Source: Ktedonobacterales bacterium
GTDB lineage: Bacteria > Chloroflexota > Ktedonobacteria > Ktedonobacterales > JADMIN01
NCBI GenBank assembly: GCA_035763125.1
Contig: DASUBU010000298.1
Location: 447 to 64,446, forward strand
Length of the DNA: 64,000 bases
Direction: 5' to 3'
Made by a program: the position numbers and the translations under genes. Positions 1-10,176 of this stretch are shown one piece after another (the first letter of the stretch is position 1; the number at the start of each line of letters is the position of its first letter). The notes under the pieces were generated by a model, which saw only the letters and a list, made by a program, of their open reading frames with translations, did not search any database and was not told the origin of the DNA.

Positions 1-646
1 TGATCACTTCGTCGGGGGCGAGCCGTGTCTCGCTGCGGCGATCATCGGTGGGCGGCGCGAACAGGTCGGCCAGTGGGATGACGCGCGAGCCGGCAGGGCC
101 TTGCATCAGCACGCGCGCGTCCACAGCGAGCAGCACCGGGGCCAGATCGGAGGGGTGAACCGCCACACAAGGGGCCGGCTGGAAGATGGCGTGATGCTGG
201 TTCTGGCCCTCGCGCGCGAAGCACCGCTCGCCGCCCTTCAGCCAGCAATTGTACTCCCCGCGGAAGTACCAGCAGCGCGGGCGCTGGAGCAGGTTGCCGG
301 CGACGGTGGCGACGGTGCGCAATTGCGGCGTGGCGGCGTCGCGCACGGCCTGGACGAGGATCGGCAGCTTCGCGCCGACCTCGGGGTGGCGCTCCAGCTC
401 AGCGAGCGTGGTCAGCGCGCCGATGCGCAGCGTGCCATCGGGGTCGAAGCGCAGATAGCGCAGCTCGTCGCGCGCCGTCTTGATATCCACCAGGCGGCGC
501 GGCTCCAAAATGCCGGCCTTCATTAGTGTGAGCAGATCGGTGCCGCCGGCGATCAGCCGGGTGGCAGTCGTGCCGGGCGGCTCGGCAGCCAGGAAGGCGA
601 CGGCCTCACGAGCAGTGGCGGCGGCGGCATGGGCGAAGGTCTTCAT
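1..646 (-). CDS. Xanthine dehydrogenase/CO dehydrogenase-family FAD-binding (medium) subunit; C-terminus cut by the window edge
   Basis: My own minus-strand translation from ATG at 646 gives MKTFAHAAAATAREAVAFLAAEPPGTTATRLIAGGTDLLTLMKAGILEPRRLVDI... The AGGTDL motif is typical of this FAD-binding domain. An ATGA start/stop overlap joins it to the large subunit (stop 643-645). It is absent from the ORF track because no stop lies inside the window. Confidence 0.8.
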   Translation of the reverse strand, partial: MKTFAHAAAATAREAVAFLAAEPPGTTATRLIAGGTDLLTLMKAGILEPRRLVDIKTARDELRYLRFDPDGTLRIGALTTLAELERHPEVGAKLPILVQAVRDAATPQLRTVATVAGNLLQRPRCWYFRGEYNCWLKGGERCFAREGQNQHHAIFQPAPCVAVHPSDLAPVLLAVDARVLMQGPAGSRVIPLADLFAPPTDDRRSETRLAPDEVI

Positions 647-2961
647 TGGGCAGGCTCCCGGAGCAGATCGAGGATACGCGCGGGGGTCAGCGGCAGCGCC
701 GAGACCGGCCGGCTGATGGCGTGCGCGACGGCGTTGGCGATGGCGGCGGGCGCCGGGATGATGGGCGGCTCGCCAGCGCCCAGCGTGCCGATCGTGTTGG
801 CCTGCACGACTGGCGAGTCGAGCAGGATGATGTCAATCTGCGGGATGTCGCGGATCGTGGGAACTGTGTAGTCCTCCAGATTGGCGTTCATCACCGTGCC
901 GAAGCGCTCATCCACGATGCGCTGCTCCATCAGGGCCATCCCCAGCCCCTGGATGATGCCGCCCTCGATCTGACTGCTGAAGGTCAGCGGGTTGACGATG
1001 CGGCCGCAGTCGTGGCAGGCGACCACTCGCACCACGCGCACCTGCCCCGTGCCGATATCCACCTCGACCTCGGCGAACTGCGCGCCGAAGGTCCGCACGG
1101 TCATATTCTCGGCATTGGGGCCGCGCATGCCCTTGCCGCTGATCTCGTGGCCGTCGAGCTGCTCCAGGAATGAGGCGAGCGTGCCGAGCTCCTTACCGGT
1201 CTCGCGGTTGTACGCCGTGCCGCCGCGCAGCTCGATGGCATCGGTGGGCGCCTCGGTGAGATGCGCGATCACCTCCAACGCCTGCTTGCGCGCCTCGGTG
1301 GCGGCCATCCGCACGGCAGGCCCGACCGACGAAAGCGTAACGCTGCCCCCGCTGGGCGGCGAGTAGAGACCGAACTCGGTGTCGCCTAGCTCGACGCGAA
1401 TGTGGTCCAGCGGCAGGCTCAGCTCATCGGCGGCGATCTGCGCTAGCACGGTGCGTGTGCCAGTGCCGATATCCTGCGTGCCGGTTAGGATCACGGCGGT
1501 GCCGTCGGGCAGCAGCTTGGCGCTGGCCTGGGCGGGCGGGCCGCCGTCACCGCCCCACATCTGGCTGGCCATGCCCACGCCGCGTCGCAGCATGCCACCT
1601 TTGCCGTTGGGGTAGCGGCGGACGTCGAGGTTGCGCGTGCCCCAGCCAATCGCCTCGGCGCCCTGCTCGTAGGCCTCCAGCACGAGCTTGCGGGCGTATG
1701 GGCGGTTGAGATCCTGGTGCTCGGCCGCGTAGTTCTGGCGGCGAAACGCCAGCGGATCCATGCCGAGCGCGTTGGCCAGCCGGTCCAGCGTGATCTCTAG
1801 GCCAACGGTGCCCTCGACGGCGCCTGGCGCGCGGAACGAGGCGAATGGACCGAGATTGGTCTGCACCGCCACATCAACCGCGCGGACGTTGGGACAGAGA
1901 TACATTTCCTTGGTTGCCATCGCCACCGGCGGCATCCAGGCGCCCTGGCCGATGCTTGCCACTGAGCGCTGATCGAGCGCGGTGAGCGTGCCGTCGCGCT
2001 TGGCCCCCGCGCGGAAGGTCTGGATGGAGGGGGAGCGATAGCCGGCGCAGAGGTTTTCTTCCTCGCGCGTGAGCATGTACTTGACCGGCGCGCCGAGGCG
2101 GTGCGCGGCGTAGGCGGCAAGCAAGCCTGAGTCATGCGCGCCGAACTTGCTGCCGAAGCCGCCGCCCATATACTGCTTGACGGCGCGCACCTGATTCTGG
2201 CGCAGGCCGAGCGCCGTGGCCACCTGGCGGCGCACGCCGAAGAGATCCTGCGTGGAGCTCCAGATGGTGAGCATACGGCCGTCCCACTCGGCGGTCGCGC
2301 CGTGCGTCTCCATCGAGTTGTGCAGGCAGGCGGGCGTCTCGACGTGTACCTCGACGATCTCGTCGGCGCTCGCCATGCCGGCGTCCACGTCGCCGCGCTC
2401 GTAGGTCTTCGGATACTCCTCCAGGATGTTGCTGGCTTTGGTGGTAGCGGCGAGCGGACCCGTGCCGAGCGCCTGGTCGGGGTCCACCACGAACGGCAAC
2501 GGCTCGTACTCGACGTGGATCAGGCGCAGGGCGTCATTGGCTTGCTCGCGCGACTCGGCGACTACCACCGCCACGAGCGCGCCCTGGTAGAGCAGCTCAT
2601 CGGCGAAGATCGTCGCATCGCGGTTGGGATTCTGGAAGTCGGCGGCATTGTTGCGCGAGAAGACGGCGCGCACGCCAGGCGCGGCCTCGGCGGCGGTGGT
2701 GTCGAGGCGGGTGATGCGAGCGTGGGCGTGGGGAGAGCGCAACCCGGCCGCGGTCAGCAGACCGGCGGGCTGCATATCGTAGGCGTAGTCAGCGGCGCCG
2801 GTGACACGTTCCTGGGCATCCACGCGTGGCTGCGGCGTGCCGACGACGGCGAGCTCGGCGTCAGGCCCCCAGACCGGCGGCTCCTCGCCCTCCATCACGA
2901 CGCGCTGCTCGTAGACGCGGCCCTCGAACTCGGTGTGTGTGGTGACGATGCGGATGGACAT
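643..2961 (-). CDS. Molybdopterin-binding large subunit of a xanthine dehydrogenase/aldehyde oxidase-family hydroxylase
   Basis: This is the 643..3327 ORF trimmed to the internal ATG at 2961 (MSIRIVTTHTEFEGRVYEQRVV). It carries the GGGFGSKF motif and is about 770 aa long. The 5' extension in the track would overlap the small-subunit gene. Confidence 0.9.
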   Translation of the reverse strand: MSIRIVTTHTEFEGRVYEQRVVMEGEEPPVWGPDAELAVVGTPQPRVDAQERVTGAADYAYDMQPAGLLTAAGLRSPHAHARITRLDTTAAEAAPGVRAVFSRNNAADFQNPNRDATIFADELLYQGALVAVVVAESREQANDALRLIHVEYEPLPFVVDPDQALGTGPLAATTKASNILEEYPKTYERGDVDAGMASADEIVEVHVETPACLHNSMETHGATAEWDGRMLTIWSSTQDLFGVRRQVATALGLRQNQVRAVKQYMGGGFGSKFGAHDSGLLAAYAAHRLGAPVKYMLTREEENLCAGYRSPSIQTFRAGAKRDGTLTALDQRSVASIGQGAWMPPVAMATKEMYLCPNVRAVDVAVQTNLGPFASFRAPGAVEGTVGLEITLDRLANALGMDPLAFRRQNYAAEHQDLNRPYARKLVLEAYEQGAEAIGWGTRNLDVRRYPNGKGGMLRRGVGMASQMWGGDGGPPAQASAKLLPDGTAVILTGTQDIGTGTRTVLAQIAADELSLPLDHIRVELGDTEFGLYSPPSGGSVTLSSVGPAVRMAATEARKQALEVIAHLTEAPTDAIELRGGTAYNRETGKELGTLASFLEQLDGHEISGKGMRGPNAENMTVRTFGAQFAEVEVDIGTGQVRVVRVVACHDCGRIVNPLTFSSQIEGGIIQGLGMALMEQRIVDERFGTVMNANLEDYTVPTIRDIPQIDIILLDSPVVQANTIGTLGAGEPPIIPAPAAIANAVAHAISRPVSALPLTPARILDLLREPAQ

Positions 2962-3019
2962 GAACAACCTCTCCCCCCATCCCCCTCCCCACGAGGAGAG
3001 GAGATGGCTGGCGGCGAAA

Positions 3020-3544
3020 CTAGTCGGGACGGCTGGCAAGCGCGCGGGCGGCGGCCAGAATCTTGGGATAAGCGCCGCAACGGCAGAGGTTGCCAGCCAT
3101 GCCACGCTCGATCTCCTCATCGGTTGGGTGTGGATTGCGCGCCAGCAACGACTTGAGGGCGAGCACCTGCCCCGGCGTGCAGAAGCCGCACTGGAGCGCG
3201 TCGTGCTCGATGAAGGCGCGCTGAACGGGGTCGAGCTGGTCGCCCTGGGCCAGCCCTTCGATGGTGGTGATGGTGTGGCCGACGCACTCGACGGCAAGCT
3301 GGAGACAGCTATAGACAGCCTCGCCATCCAGCAGGATCGTGCAGGCGCCGCAGTTGCCCATATTGCAGCCGGGTTTGGCCCCCGTCAGCCGCAGGTCGTC
3401 GCGTAGGGCGTCCAGCAGCGTGCGGCGTGGCTCGACGCTGAGCGAGTAGGCGGTCTCGTTGACGGTGAGCTGTATGCGTACACGGTCGACCATGCCGGCG
3501 GCTGGGACAGCCGCGGCTGACGGGCCACTGGCAGGATCACTCAT
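3020..3544 (-). CDS. [2Fe-2S]-binding small subunit of the molybdenum hydroxylase
   Basis: Trimmed to ATG at 3544 (MSDPASGPS...). It has the motifs CNMGNCGACTILLDG..YSC and QCGFCTPG..CRCG. It lies directly upstream of the large subunit on the same strand. Confidence 0.9.
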   Translation of the reverse strand: MSDPASGPSAAAVPAAGMVDRVRIQLTVNETAYSLSVEPRRTLLDALRDDLRLTGAKPGCNMGNCGACTILLDGEAVYSCLQLAVECVGHTITTIEGLAQGDQLDPVQRAFIEHDALQCGFCTPGQVLALKSLLARNPHPTDEEIERGMAGNLCRCGAYPKILAAARALASRPD

Positions 3545-3904
3545 AGCGGAGGCCTTTCCTGTCGCTGGTTCCCTCCCGCGGTCCGCCTCCCCCTCACGAG
3601 AAGGAGCGAAGGCGTGCCACAGGCTTGCCGGCTGGCGCGCGGCGCGCGCGCCTGGATGCCCAGGCGTGCCGTGCGGGCAGGGGATACCAGAGGGACGGTG
3701 GGGTAACGAAGGGACTGTAGCACAGGCGCAAGTGGCCCGGCAAACCGGAAGGCAGCCGTGCAAGGGGCATGCCAGGTGTGTGCCTCGCGCGCGGCGGCCG
3801 GGATAAGTATCTGTTGAGGTTAACGCTGCTGGCTGGGCTTATCGAGAAATGGCGCAAAGTGCATGCGGGTTCGCGCGACATATCTGTATGGAGGGTAGAA
3901 TGTC

Positions 3905-5119
3905 ATGGTTGTCAATCAGGCCTGCGAGGCGGCTTCATCTGCGGGAGAATGCACGCGTATGCCGCTAGCCGATCAGGTTGAAGATCTCTTCAGGCGCGCG
4001 GAGCCGCGCCTGGTGCATCTTGCCCGTTCGCAGCAGATCGCCCCCGGCGCTGTGGAAGACATCGTTCAGGAGACCTTGCTAGAAGCCTGGCGATCGCTGG
4101 ACCACTTGCGTGACGAGACGCGCTTTGCCCCGTGGCTGGATGCTATCTGCCGCAACGTCTGTCTCCGCCACCACCGGCGGCAAAGCGTGCTTCGGGCACG
4201 CGAGGTGGCTCTTGGCTTCCCTGACGGCGATGCTGAGGCATCTGACAGCGCCGACGAATTTCCGGGGCTTGCAGATCCCGATGATTTCGACCCGCTGGAA
4301 GAGTTGACGCGACGCGATATGGCACTGCTGCTGGATCGCGCGCTGGGGTATCTCTCGCCGGAGAGCCGAACGCTCGTGGAGCGGCACTACCTCGCGGAGA
4401 TACCCCAGCGCGAGCTTGCTGCTCAGATGGGGCTGACGTTGAGCGCGTTGGTGTCGCGTCTGCACCGGGCGCGCGGCCAGATCCTGCGTGCCCTCTGCCA
4501 CGAGCTGCGCGCTGAAGCACTCGCGGTGGGGCTGGCAGTCACCCCGGAGGACGCCCTTGGCTGGCGTGAGACGCGGATGTGGTGCATCTTCTGCGGCCGA
4601 CAGCGTATGGCAGGCATGTTCGAACCGATGCAAGAAGGGCGCGTCAACCTGCGACTCCGCTGCCCAGCCTGCAAGCCAATCGAGATCGACTCCCTCGGCA
4701 TAGTTGATTTGTCGAGTGCCCGCTCTTTCCTACCGGCCACCAAGAAGGTCATCGGCGAAGCTGGGCGATTCGTGTCGGCGGCGATGGCGGTTGGAGGAGT
4801 CTGCCACTGCTGGATCTGCGGGCGACAAAGCCAATTGCGTATTGTTCGAAATGCCAGCCTCACTCCACAGACCTGGCTCCTCTCCAGTTGCGGCTGCCTT
4901 CGCATGCTTGCCTCGCCTGTGTCGCTCTATGGCTCCCTGCCGGCAGTGCGGGACTTCATGTTTGGTCCCGGCCGCCTCGTGATCGCACCCGACGATGACA
5001 CAGCGTACGCTGGGCGAAACGCGATCCGCTTTTGCCTGCTGAGTCCGGAAGACGGCCGGCGGCTTTATGTCTTCGCGGATGCCGGAACGCTCCTGCCACT
5101 CGCCGTTGTCGTGGAGTAG
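3905..5119 (+). CDS. ECF-type sigma-70 factor with a roughly 200-aa Cys-rich C-terminal extension
   Basis: Region 2 reads VEDIVQETLLEAWRSLDHLRDETRFAPWLDAICRNVC and region 4 reads IPQRELAAQMGLTLSALVSRLHRAR. The tail carries CxxC..CxxC (WCIFCG..CPAC) and CHCWIC..CGC clusters. GGAGGG lies 9 nt before ATG 3905. An alternative ATG is at 3959. Confidence 0.85.
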   Translation: MVVNQACEAASSAGECTRMPLADQVEDLFRRAEPRLVHLARSQQIAPGAVEDIVQETLLEAWRSLDHLRDETRFAPWLDAICRNVCLRHHRRQSVLRAREVALGFPDGDAEASDSADEFPGLADPDDFDPLEELTRRDMALLLDRALGYLSPESRTLVERHYLAEIPQRELAAQMGLTLSALVSRLHRARGQILRALCHELRAEALAVGLAVTPEDALGWRETRMWCIFCGRQRMAGMFEPMQEGRVNLRLRCPACKPIEIDSLGIVDLSSARSFLPATKKVIGEAGRFVSAAMAVGGVCHCWICGRQSQLRIVRNASLTPQTWLLSSCGCLRMLASPVSLYGSLPAVRDFMFGPGRLVIAPDDDTAYAGRNAIRFCLLSPEDGRRLYVFADAGTLLPLAVVVE

Positions 5120-5171
5120 CCTCGCTGCCACCTTCTGCCACCCTGCACACTCAGTCTTGGGAGGACTTGTC

Positions 5172-6536
5172 ATGTCTTCGATAGAGGCCAAGGCACCGAC
5201 ACGTAAGCCATGCCTGCTCATCAACCGCGACTTCGCCCTGCTCTGGTTGGGACAGTCTGTCTCCTCGATTGGGGATGCGCTGTTGGACTTCACACTCGTG
5301 CTGTGGATCGTCTTCGATCTCGGTCGCGGTCAAGCCTGGGCGCCGCTCGCGGTGAGCGGCGTCTTGGTCAGCTCATCGATGGGTACGCTCGTCATCGGCC
5401 CCATCGCCGGCGTCTTCGTCGACCGATGGGATAAGCGCCAGACGCTGCTGTGGGTCACCGCTGTGCAGGCGATGCTGACCGCATCGTTGCTCCTGGCGGC
5501 GGATCTTGTGCCGCTGCCGTTCTTCGTCGGCGGTCAGCCGTCGCTCACGGTGAAGCTGGCGATGCTCTATACCGTCATCTTCCTGGTCTATGGCTGTGCG
5601 CAGTTCACGCGGTCGGCGCGCACGGCGCTGATTGGTGATCTCGTGGAGGAGCGCGACCGCCCGCAGGCGAGCGGATTGATGGAAACGATGGCAAGCCTGG
5701 CGTTCCTGATCGGATTCGGCATTGCGCCGGTATTGTTCGTGCCGTTCGGCATTGGCGTTGCGCTCTTCGCGGACGCGCTGTCATTTGTCGTCGCGTTCGC
5801 GGCACTTCTAGGTGTCAAGGCGCCGCCGTCCGCTCGTAGTGTCGCGGCCGGACGGCGTGGCAGCGTCCGAGGGGAGTTCTTCGAGGGAGTGCGCTTCTCG
5901 CTCGGCAATCTCGTCATCAGAACGCTGCTCGTTGTCTACGTGATTGTGCTGTTTGGGTCGGGCGCGATCAATGCGCTCTTCGTGTTCTTTCTCTCGGAGG
6001 ATCTGCACGCGCCAGCAGCGGCAATTGGGGTCTTTCCAGTCGCGCTCGGAGTGGGATTGGTGCTCGGCTCTATTCTTGGCGGTGCACTTGCGAGGCGCGT
6101 GGGCCTGACGCGCATCTTCTGGATATCCGTCGTTCTGCTAGGCATCTGCGCGATCACGCTTTCGCGGCAGACGTCCCTGGCCGCCGCTCTCGTTCTCGCC
6201 TTCTTGCTCGGCATACCCAACGGAGTGATGAACGTTGCGCTGATGCCGCTGGTACTCCACGTGACGCCGAAAGAGCTGGTCGGGCGCGTGATGACCGTGC
6301 TGGAGCCAGCGATGACCGTTGCGCAGGTTGCCTCGATGGCAGTCTTCGGCACACTCGCCAGCACAGTGTTCTTTGGCTTCAAGGCGAGCGTGCTGGGCGC
6401 AAAGTTCGACACGTACAACGTGCTCATACTGATCCCCGGACTGCTCTGTCTGCTGGCTGGGGCGATTGCGTTCGCGAGCTTGCGCCATGTGAGCCTCAGG
6501 CTTGCAGCAGCCCATCAGGTTGATGATGGCGCATGA
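5172..6536 (+). CDS. MFS transporter
   Basis: Trimmed to ATG 5172, with GGGAGGA 6 nt upstream. The N-terminus is LLINRDFALLWLGQSVSSIGDAL and many hydrophobic helices follow, giving about 12 TM by eye. Confidence 0.85.
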   Translation: MSSIEAKAPTRKPCLLINRDFALLWLGQSVSSIGDALLDFTLVLWIVFDLGRGQAWAPLAVSGVLVSSSMGTLVIGPIAGVFVDRWDKRQTLLWVTAVQAMLTASLLLAADLVPLPFFVGGQPSLTVKLAMLYTVIFLVYGCAQFTRSARTALIGDLVEERDRPQASGLMETMASLAFLIGFGIAPVLFVPFGIGVALFADALSFVVAFAALLGVKAPPSARSVAAGRRGSVRGEFFEGVRFSLGNLVIRTLLVVYVIVLFGSGAINALFVFFLSEDLHAPAAAIGVFPVALGVGLVLGSILGGALARRVGLTRIFWISVVLLGICAITLSRQTSLAAALVLAFLLGIPNGVMNVALMPLVLHVTPKELVGRVMTVLEPAMTVAQVASMAVFGTLASTVFFGFKASVLGAKFDTYNVLILIPGLLCLLAGAIAFASLRHVSLRLAAAHQVDDGA

Positions 6537-6599
6537 TACCCGAGAGGAACCTCCGTACGAAGCGTGCGGGTGAGCGCACAGTGTGTGATCTGTGTCGGC

Positions 6600-6812
6600 T
6601 CATGCGGGGGCGAAGGGGATGCCGGGGAGCACCTGCGCGGGCGTCAGTGTCTCGGGCAGGGCGAGCGTCACCAGGATCAGACCGCCCGGCGCGGGGGGCG
6701 CGAAGGATACTCGGCCGCCCAGGCGCTCGATGTCGCGCTGCGCTGCGCGAATGCGCGCGATGCTTTCTGGCCGCGACAGGATCGCCTCATAAAGTCGCAC
6801 ACCCATCCCCAC
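6600..6812 (-). CDS. Hypothetical small protein (70 aa)
   Basis: The frame has a strong third-position GC bias. I recognise no family and the start is uncertain (ATG 6812 or a GTG four codons in). Confidence 0.35.
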   Translation of the reverse strand: MGMGVRLYEAILSRPESIARIRAAQRDIERLGGRVSFAPPAPGGLILVTLALPETLTPAQVLPGIPFAPA

Positions 6813-6895
6813 CCCCGCATCCTTCGCACCTGCTCACGCCCGCCAGCCCTCGGCGACCGAGCCCGCCCCTCCCCTGGCGCACGTCACGTACGCTG

Positions 6896-7819
6896 CTACA
6901 TCGCGGTACGCTGGCCGTAGGCGATGTAGAAAGACCATTCGTAGCGGCCGGTATCCAGCTCCTTGCGCGCTGAGCGCATCATCTCGTCAAAGGCCTCCCC
7001 GGTGGTGATGCCTTGTGAGATCAGGATCGGCCGCAGGGCCGCGAAGCCGCTGAAATAGTCGGTCTCGGCCATCGTACCGAGGTGCCCGCCTTTGCGACCC
7101 AGCGGCAGACGAATCTCGCGCATCGTGACGTGGTGGAGTCCTCCCCGCCGCAAGTAATCGCCGATTTGATTGCCCACCAGCGGGTCAATATTGCGCCGCG
7201 CACAGAAGTCGAGCACCCACTGATGCAGCGTGGTGAGCGCTGGCGTCCGCACATGCACCGCCGGCCGGCCCTCGACCAGCTCGATCCAGCCGCCAGGCCG
7301 CGTGACGCGCACGAGCTCGCGCACGTCGTCCGGCCAGCGCTCCAGCGGCAACGCGAAGACCAGGAGCCGTTGGTGGACGAAATCGAAGCTGGCATCAGGA
7401 TAGGGCAGCCCCTCCAGCAGGTTGGCCACCTGGAACCGCAGATTGGATGGCAGCACCGCCCCTGCGAGCGCACTGCCCGGAGCGGTAGGGTCGGACAGGT
7501 CGAGCGAGATGATCTGCGCCTGGGGGAAGACAGATGCCAGCTCAAGCGCCCAGCGTCCAGTCCCACCACCGACGTCCAGGATGGCCGACGGCCCCTGGGC
7601 GGGCGCGGCGAAATTGCCGCGCAGAGCGAAGCGTAGCATGTAGTGCTGGAAGTCGAGCCGGTTGATCTCGGCGAGGTCAGTCGGCAGGACGTACGGAATG
7701 CCCACGCGGTGGCGCCGGCCTCCGATGCGGCGGAAGAAGCCTCCGCTGCCAGGATCCTGCTCGATGGCGGGAGGAGCATCTACGATGGCGGCGGCTTGCC
7801 GGCGGCGAAACCACGGCAC
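6896..7819 (-). CDS. Class I SAM-dependent methyltransferase
   Basis: ILDVGGGTGRWALELA is the SAM-binding motif I, and the N-terminal region reads LPTDLAEINRLDFQHYML. The start is uncertain: GTG 7819 sits 9 nt after AAAGGA, while the longest ORF reaches 7942. Confidence 0.8.
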   Translation of the reverse strand: MPWFRRRQAAAIVDAPPAIEQDPGSGGFFRRIGGRRHRVGIPYVLPTDLAEINRLDFQHYMLRFALRGNFAAPAQGPSAILDVGGGTGRWALELASVFPQAQIISLDLSDPTAPGSALAGAVLPSNLRFQVANLLEGLPYPDASFDFVHQRLLVFALPLERWPDDVRELVRVTRPGGWIELVEGRPAVHVRTPALTTLHQWVLDFCARRNIDPLVGNQIGDYLRRGGLHHVTMREIRLPLGRKGGHLGTMAETDYFSGFAALRPILISQGITTGEAFDEMMRSARKELDTGRYEWSFYIAYGQRTAM

Positions 7820-8027
7820 AGGAATGCATCCTTTCTGATGAGCACCCTGGCCGCACGCACGCAACCTAGGTCGTGCCGCGTCAGGTCGCTTCCTTAGCCG
7901 GCCGAGATCGGCCGGCTGTTTATCTCGCGTACCAGGGTACATCGCTTGTCAAGCACCCTCGCTTTAGCATACGTCAGCCGGTACACCCGAGCAGGCCGGT
8001 GCGAGGGTCGCGCGACGAGACCGGCGC

Positions 8028-8804
8028 TCACGCCGTCGGGATGGCGTGGTGGGCTGTGATGGCGAGCCAGAAGATGTCGGCCAGGACCTCGTAGCCGGCG
8101 CTGGAGGGATGGAAGCCATCGGCGGCGACGTACTCTGGGTGCCCCTCCAGATTGGAGCTGTACAGGTCCACCAGCGTCGCACCGTGGCGTGCGACGAGCG
8201 GATTGATGACATCGTTCCATTGCCGGGACAGCGCGCGAATCTGGGCGGGCGACTCGCCCTGCAAGCAGGGGCTCTCGGGCGCTCCTTGCTTGAAATACGG
8301 GAGCTCGCTCATGTCGGGGGTATTGGCCACGAAGACGTCCGCGTGAGTCTGCGACTGGAGCTGGTCGAGCAGCGTATTGAGGCTGGCAGCATACTGGGTG
8401 AGCGGCGTGCAATTGCGGAAGTCATTGCCGACCAGCCAGACGGTGACGAGCGTCGGCTGAAGCGCGATGACCTTGGGCAGCTCGCGGGTGAGGGCGTCTT
8501 GCACCAGCGCGCCGCTGATGCCGACGTTGAGGGCGCGCGAGTGGGCGGGCAGGTGGGCGATCAGGCGCGGGACGTAGCCCTCGGTATTGGGGTGCGTCGC
8601 GCCGACGCCGACGGCGTCCGAAGCGCCAATCGCGGCGTAGACGACTGGCGGGAAGACGGTGGGCGTGGGCGCCGCACGGCGGATGGCCGCCGAGGGACTG
8701 GAGCCGCAGGCCGCGAACAGGAGCGAGGCGGTCGTGAGGAGCAGTGGGAACAACGCGGCAGCGCGCCGGGGAGCATGTAGTACACGGATGGCACGCTTGT
8801 CCAT
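8028..8804 (-). CDS. SGNH/GDSL-family hydrolase, probable lipoprotein
   Basis: ATG 8804 starts a signal peptide with the lipobox LLFAACGSS. SGNH blocks are present: GASD, LVGNDF and DGFHPS. Confidence 0.8.
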   Translation of the reverse strand: MDKRAIRVLHAPRRAAALFPLLLTTASLLFAACGSSPSAAIRRAAPTPTVFPPVVYAAIGASDAVGVGATHPNTEGYVPRLIAHLPAHSRALNVGISGALVQDALTRELPKVIALQPTLVTVWLVGNDFRNCTPLTQYAASLNTLLDQLQSQTHADVFVANTPDMSELPYFKQGAPESPCLQGESPAQIRALSRQWNDVINPLVARHGATLVDLYSSNLEGHPEYVAADGFHPSSAGYEVLADIFWLAITAHHAIPTA

Positions 8805-9004
8805 GATCCTCTCCTCTTCGCTACGATAAGGCACTCGGCAAACATCGGATGAAGCTGTACAGGAAATCGTAGCGAGGCAGTATGCGGAGCGTCAACTTGG
8901 GAATCACACCCTTGGACGAGCCGAAGAGCAGGAGCTATGTGCAGGATCACCTGGCCTCCCAGATGCCATCCGAGAAGCCAGGCGAGAGGTGAGCCGCAAG
9001 CATC

Positions 9005-9706
9005 CTAGCGTCGGCTACTGGTAAGCCGGCTCGCCAGCAGCACCACACTTGCCGCCGCGAGGAAGAGGCCTGTGTCGAGCGCACCGCCGTAGGCGATGCT
9101 CGGCGTGAACCAGGGCGAAGGCAGCCCATCAAGCAAGAAGAAGCTCAGGCCGAGCAGGCCCGCGCCCGCCGCGGCGAAGGGCGCCAGCGCGTCGAGCAGC
9201 CGCGCTCCGCGCGCGAAGGCCGCACCCCAGATGCCCGTCAGCCGCCGTTGGGCTGTGCGTCGCAGCAGCTCGACCAATCCCGCCGCGATCAGGCCCAGAC
9301 CGGCCAGTATCTCACCCCACTCGATCAGATAGCCGAAGGCGACCGCGTTCGGCATGACAAGCACGCGCAGCAGGGCGGCGAAGAAGCTGGGCAATCGCCC
9401 GCCGCTGAGCGCGCTTGCCAGCAGGCTGCTCAGCGTGCCAGGGAAACCACTGTACAGTAGTTTGTCCACCCCCGACACCAGCCACTCGTAGCCGATGAGC
9501 AGCTCCAGACCCGCCAGCGCGATATTACGCGAGATAGCTGGCGTTGCCAGCGTCGCCGCCAGCGCATGCCGATCGCCGCGGCGGCTGTGACGGCGGTAAA
9601 GCCCTTCGGGAAGACGAGGCATACGGGGAGAGTGTCGTACATGCGGCTGGCGCCGGGTCTGCCGGGCCGACGGGGGCGAGCGTCGTGACGTGATATGAAT
9701 GGCCAT
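9005..9706 (-). CDS. DoxX-like integral membrane protein
   Basis: ATG 9706 follows AAGGAGGG. The motifs GYEWLVSGVDKLL and FGYLIEWGEILAGLGLIAAG resemble the second DoxX-like gene at 30341. Confidence 0.65.
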   Translation of the reverse strand: MAIHITSRRSPPSARQTRRQPHVRHSPRMPRLPEGLYRRHSRRGDRHALAATLATPAISRNIALAGLELLIGYEWLVSGVDKLLYSGFPGTLSSLLASALSGGRLPSFFAALLRVLVMPNAVAFGYLIEWGEILAGLGLIAAGLVELLRRTAQRRLTGIWGAAFARGARLLDALAPFAAAGAGLLGLSFFLLDGLPSPWFTPSIAYGGALDTGLFLAAASVVLLASRLTSSRR

Positions 9707-10176
9707 CTGGCCCTCCTTCGCGGAGCGCCACGCCGGAGCTATCAGCAGGACCTCGTCGCGCTCCACACCCTGGATGATATGGCCGCATAGACGGCTGCGG
9801 ATCAGGTACAGACTGTATTCTTCGGCCGCGATGGGTAGGAATGCGGCCTACTGTGTCGCGCCCGTGTGGGCGGGTAACAGGACTCGATCTCATGCGCCGC
9901 GACGTGCAACATGCACGCCCCGCCCTGGCTTATCACCGCATGGGTCAGGTGGACACTGGAGAGGCTCGCGGAGTTGCGCAGCGTGGGCACATAGTGCTTG
10001 CCGTGCCTGTGAGCGCGCCGCTATACTCAGCGCGTGCGCCAACGGCCGGCTGCGAAGCGAGCATCGTGAAGTGTGGCGCCGGGCGATGCAGGTATCGCCC
10101 CTACAGGTAATCCGGCTGGCTGCCACGCGAGGCGACGAGTCGGCCGTGGCTGGGATAGATGAAGGGTGACACGCGC

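Noticed and set aside
1-3544. The idea that the S-L-M molybdenum hydroxylase operon is a carbon monoxide dehydrogenase
   Set aside because: The large subunit lacks the form-I CODH active-site loop (AYRCSFR-type). The corresponding region I can see reads LCAGYRSPS. The substrate cannot be inferred, so I call it only a generic xanthine dehydrogenase-family enzyme.
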